Shown: positions 62,080-64,000 of the stretch, piece after piece | How the letters are laid out: the number at the start of each line of letters is the position of its first letter | Numbering within the stretch: position 1 is the first letter of the stretch | Assembly (NCBI GenBank): GCA_023920165.1 | Contig: CP089279.1 | Coordinates: 2,604,001-2,668,000 of the forward strand | Direction of reading: 5' to 3' | Origin: Curvularia clavata | Taxonomy: Eukaryota | DNA length: 64,000 nucleotides | Position numbers and translations under genes: made by a program | The notes under the pieces: model-generated | What the model was told of the DNA's origin: nothing | Seen by the model: the letters and a program-made list of their open reading frames with translations, nothing else | The model's database searches: none

Positions 62080-62589
62080 GATGGTATCTTGACTCCCTGA
62101 CAAGAAATTACGATGGATATGCTGGCTTCTTGGGGGGACTGTGGCAGGTGTGCTTGTATTTGACGACCCTCTCATATACAAATCGTTCACCTGGGCGCAC
62201 GTGCTCGTTTGCACCTCACTGGCGAACGTGCAAAAGGCATCAAAGCCGTTTGGCGTATTGTGGTTCAAAGCCGTCCGTTTGCGGCCTAGCGCAACGCCCA
62301 GCCAGGTGTCCCAAGCTTTTTACCTAGACATCACCGCCCAGCGACCGCTCTTCTCCACCGTCAACACCATCACGAACCTCTCCCGCCGCCGAACCTCTCC
62401 AGCAGCAGTCGACTCGTGTGCCTGTGAGCCCGCAGCTCAGTTGCTAATTTCTTCTCCTCCTAGTTCTTTCATATAATACTCGCTTCTCCTCTACACTTGC
62501 GACACGGCTTTGTTAGCAGCCTTGCTTGCGACACACGCAACCACCAACTCCTTATTATAGCCACACGCATTTAGGACATATAATCCATC

Positions 62590-64000
62590 ATGTCTCACGA
62601 GGAGGATCTCATTGACTACTCCGATGAGGAGATCCAGACCGAGGCGCCCGCCAACGGCGGCGCGTCAAAGGGCGGTCTTGCCGCGGACGCTGCTGGCGAC
62701 AAGAAGGGCAGCTACGTCGGCATCCACTCTACCGGTTTCCGCGACTTTTTGCTCAAGGACGAGCTTGTGCGAGCGATTACGGACTGTGGCTTCGAACATC
62801 CTTCCGAGGGTTAGTCTAATTATTTCCCCTCAGCCTTCTCAACCTACAAGCGTCCGTCCATCAACGAAACGAGCCATGTCTGTAAAAAAAAGAAAGCGGC
62901 CATGGTCTGTCTATACACGAGAGAGTGGCGAGGGACCCAGTGCCTTCCGCTACGTACCAACCTCGACGCACATTGCAAATGTCGTTGCACCGATACATCC
63001 ATCAAGAAACCTAGCGGTGCCTGACGGGCCCGCTCAAATGGTCCTAAGGACTGGTTTCAGCGGAGGAGCGCATGCTGTGGATGCGTAAGAGGAGGCGCTG
63101 ATGGGAGACGGGGAGGATAGACAGACTGGCACGCACGCTAGATGGAGGATCTCGGCTGCGCAAGATGGACGGACGCTTCGATTCCCACGCTTCGTTTCGA
63201 CCGCTTAAGACATATTCTGACATACTTTGTGCCCTACAGTCCAGCAAGTTACCATTCCCCAGGCCATTCTCGGAAACGATGTCCTCTGCCAGGCCAAGTC
63301 CGGTCTCGGAAAGACTGCTGTCTTCGTTCTTGCCACACTCCAACAGATGGAGGAGAAGCCCGAGCCCGGTGTTGCGACCATCCTCGTCATGTGCCACACT
63401 CGTGAGCTGGCGTACCAGATCCGTAACGAATACAACCGATTCGCCAAGTTCCTTCCCGACGTCAAGGTTGGCGTCTTCTACGGAGGAACGCCTGTGCAGA
63501 AGGACATTGAGCTCCTCAGCAACAAGGATACTCACCCTCACGTCATTGTAGGAACACCTGGCCGTATCAACGCTCTGGTTCGCGACAAGCACCTCCGTCT
63601 CGCCAACCTGAAGCACTTTGTCCTCGACGAGTGCGACAAGATGCTTGACCAGCCCGGTGCGTATCAAACTTGAAGTTATCACAACACCCGCTGACATGCT
63701 GCAGATATGCGCAACGATGTCCAGTCCATCTTCCGTGCCACTCCTCAGCACAAGCAGGTCATGATGTTTTCAGCTACCCTTAACAAGGACGTTCGCGTCA
63801 TTTGCAAGAAGTTCATGCAGAACCCACTTGAGATCTACGTCGACGACGAGAAGAAGCTGACGCTGCACGGTCTGCAGCAATACTACATCAAGCTGGACGA
63901 GAAGGAGAAGAACCGCAAGCTTAACGATCTGCTTGATAACCTCGAGTTCAACCAGGTCATTATCTTTGTGCGCTCGACGCTGCGCTGCTCGGAGCTCGAC
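62590..64000 (+). CDS. SUB2: DECD-box RNA helicase UAP56/Sub2, truncated at the window end
   Basis: [29 protein letters not shown] and SAT motifs; introns 62810-63239 and 63657-63704. Confidence 0.97.

Overview
Intron-rich genomic DNA from a filamentous ascomycete. Gene content suggests Dothideomycete/Pleosporales, but the species cannot be fixed from the sequence. There are about 30 mostly spliced genes, including housekeeping ARG4, COX11, SUB2, IES2-like, HIT1-like, RPR2-like, MSC7-like, a RasGEF, a PL4 lyase and an MFS transporter. The accessory block at about 23.8-33.5 kb holds an intact 1,624-bp DDE transposon. It has perfect 57-bp TIRs and is flanked by TCCC/TCCC instead of the TA expected for its Tc1-like transposase. 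It is followed by a head-to-head pair: a NACHT (NLR-like) gene ending in Crz1-type zinc fingers, and a Rad5-like SNF2/RING gene with two apparent inactivating lesions. Other highlights are a divergent GlnA4-like gamma-glutamyl ligase/SDR pair next to an ALDH, resembling the actinobacterial glnA4 locus; two tandem disordered proteins sharing only an alternating C-terminal motif and an intron position; and a base-paired 430-nt SUB2 intron. All assignments come from reading motifs by eye, and no searches were run.
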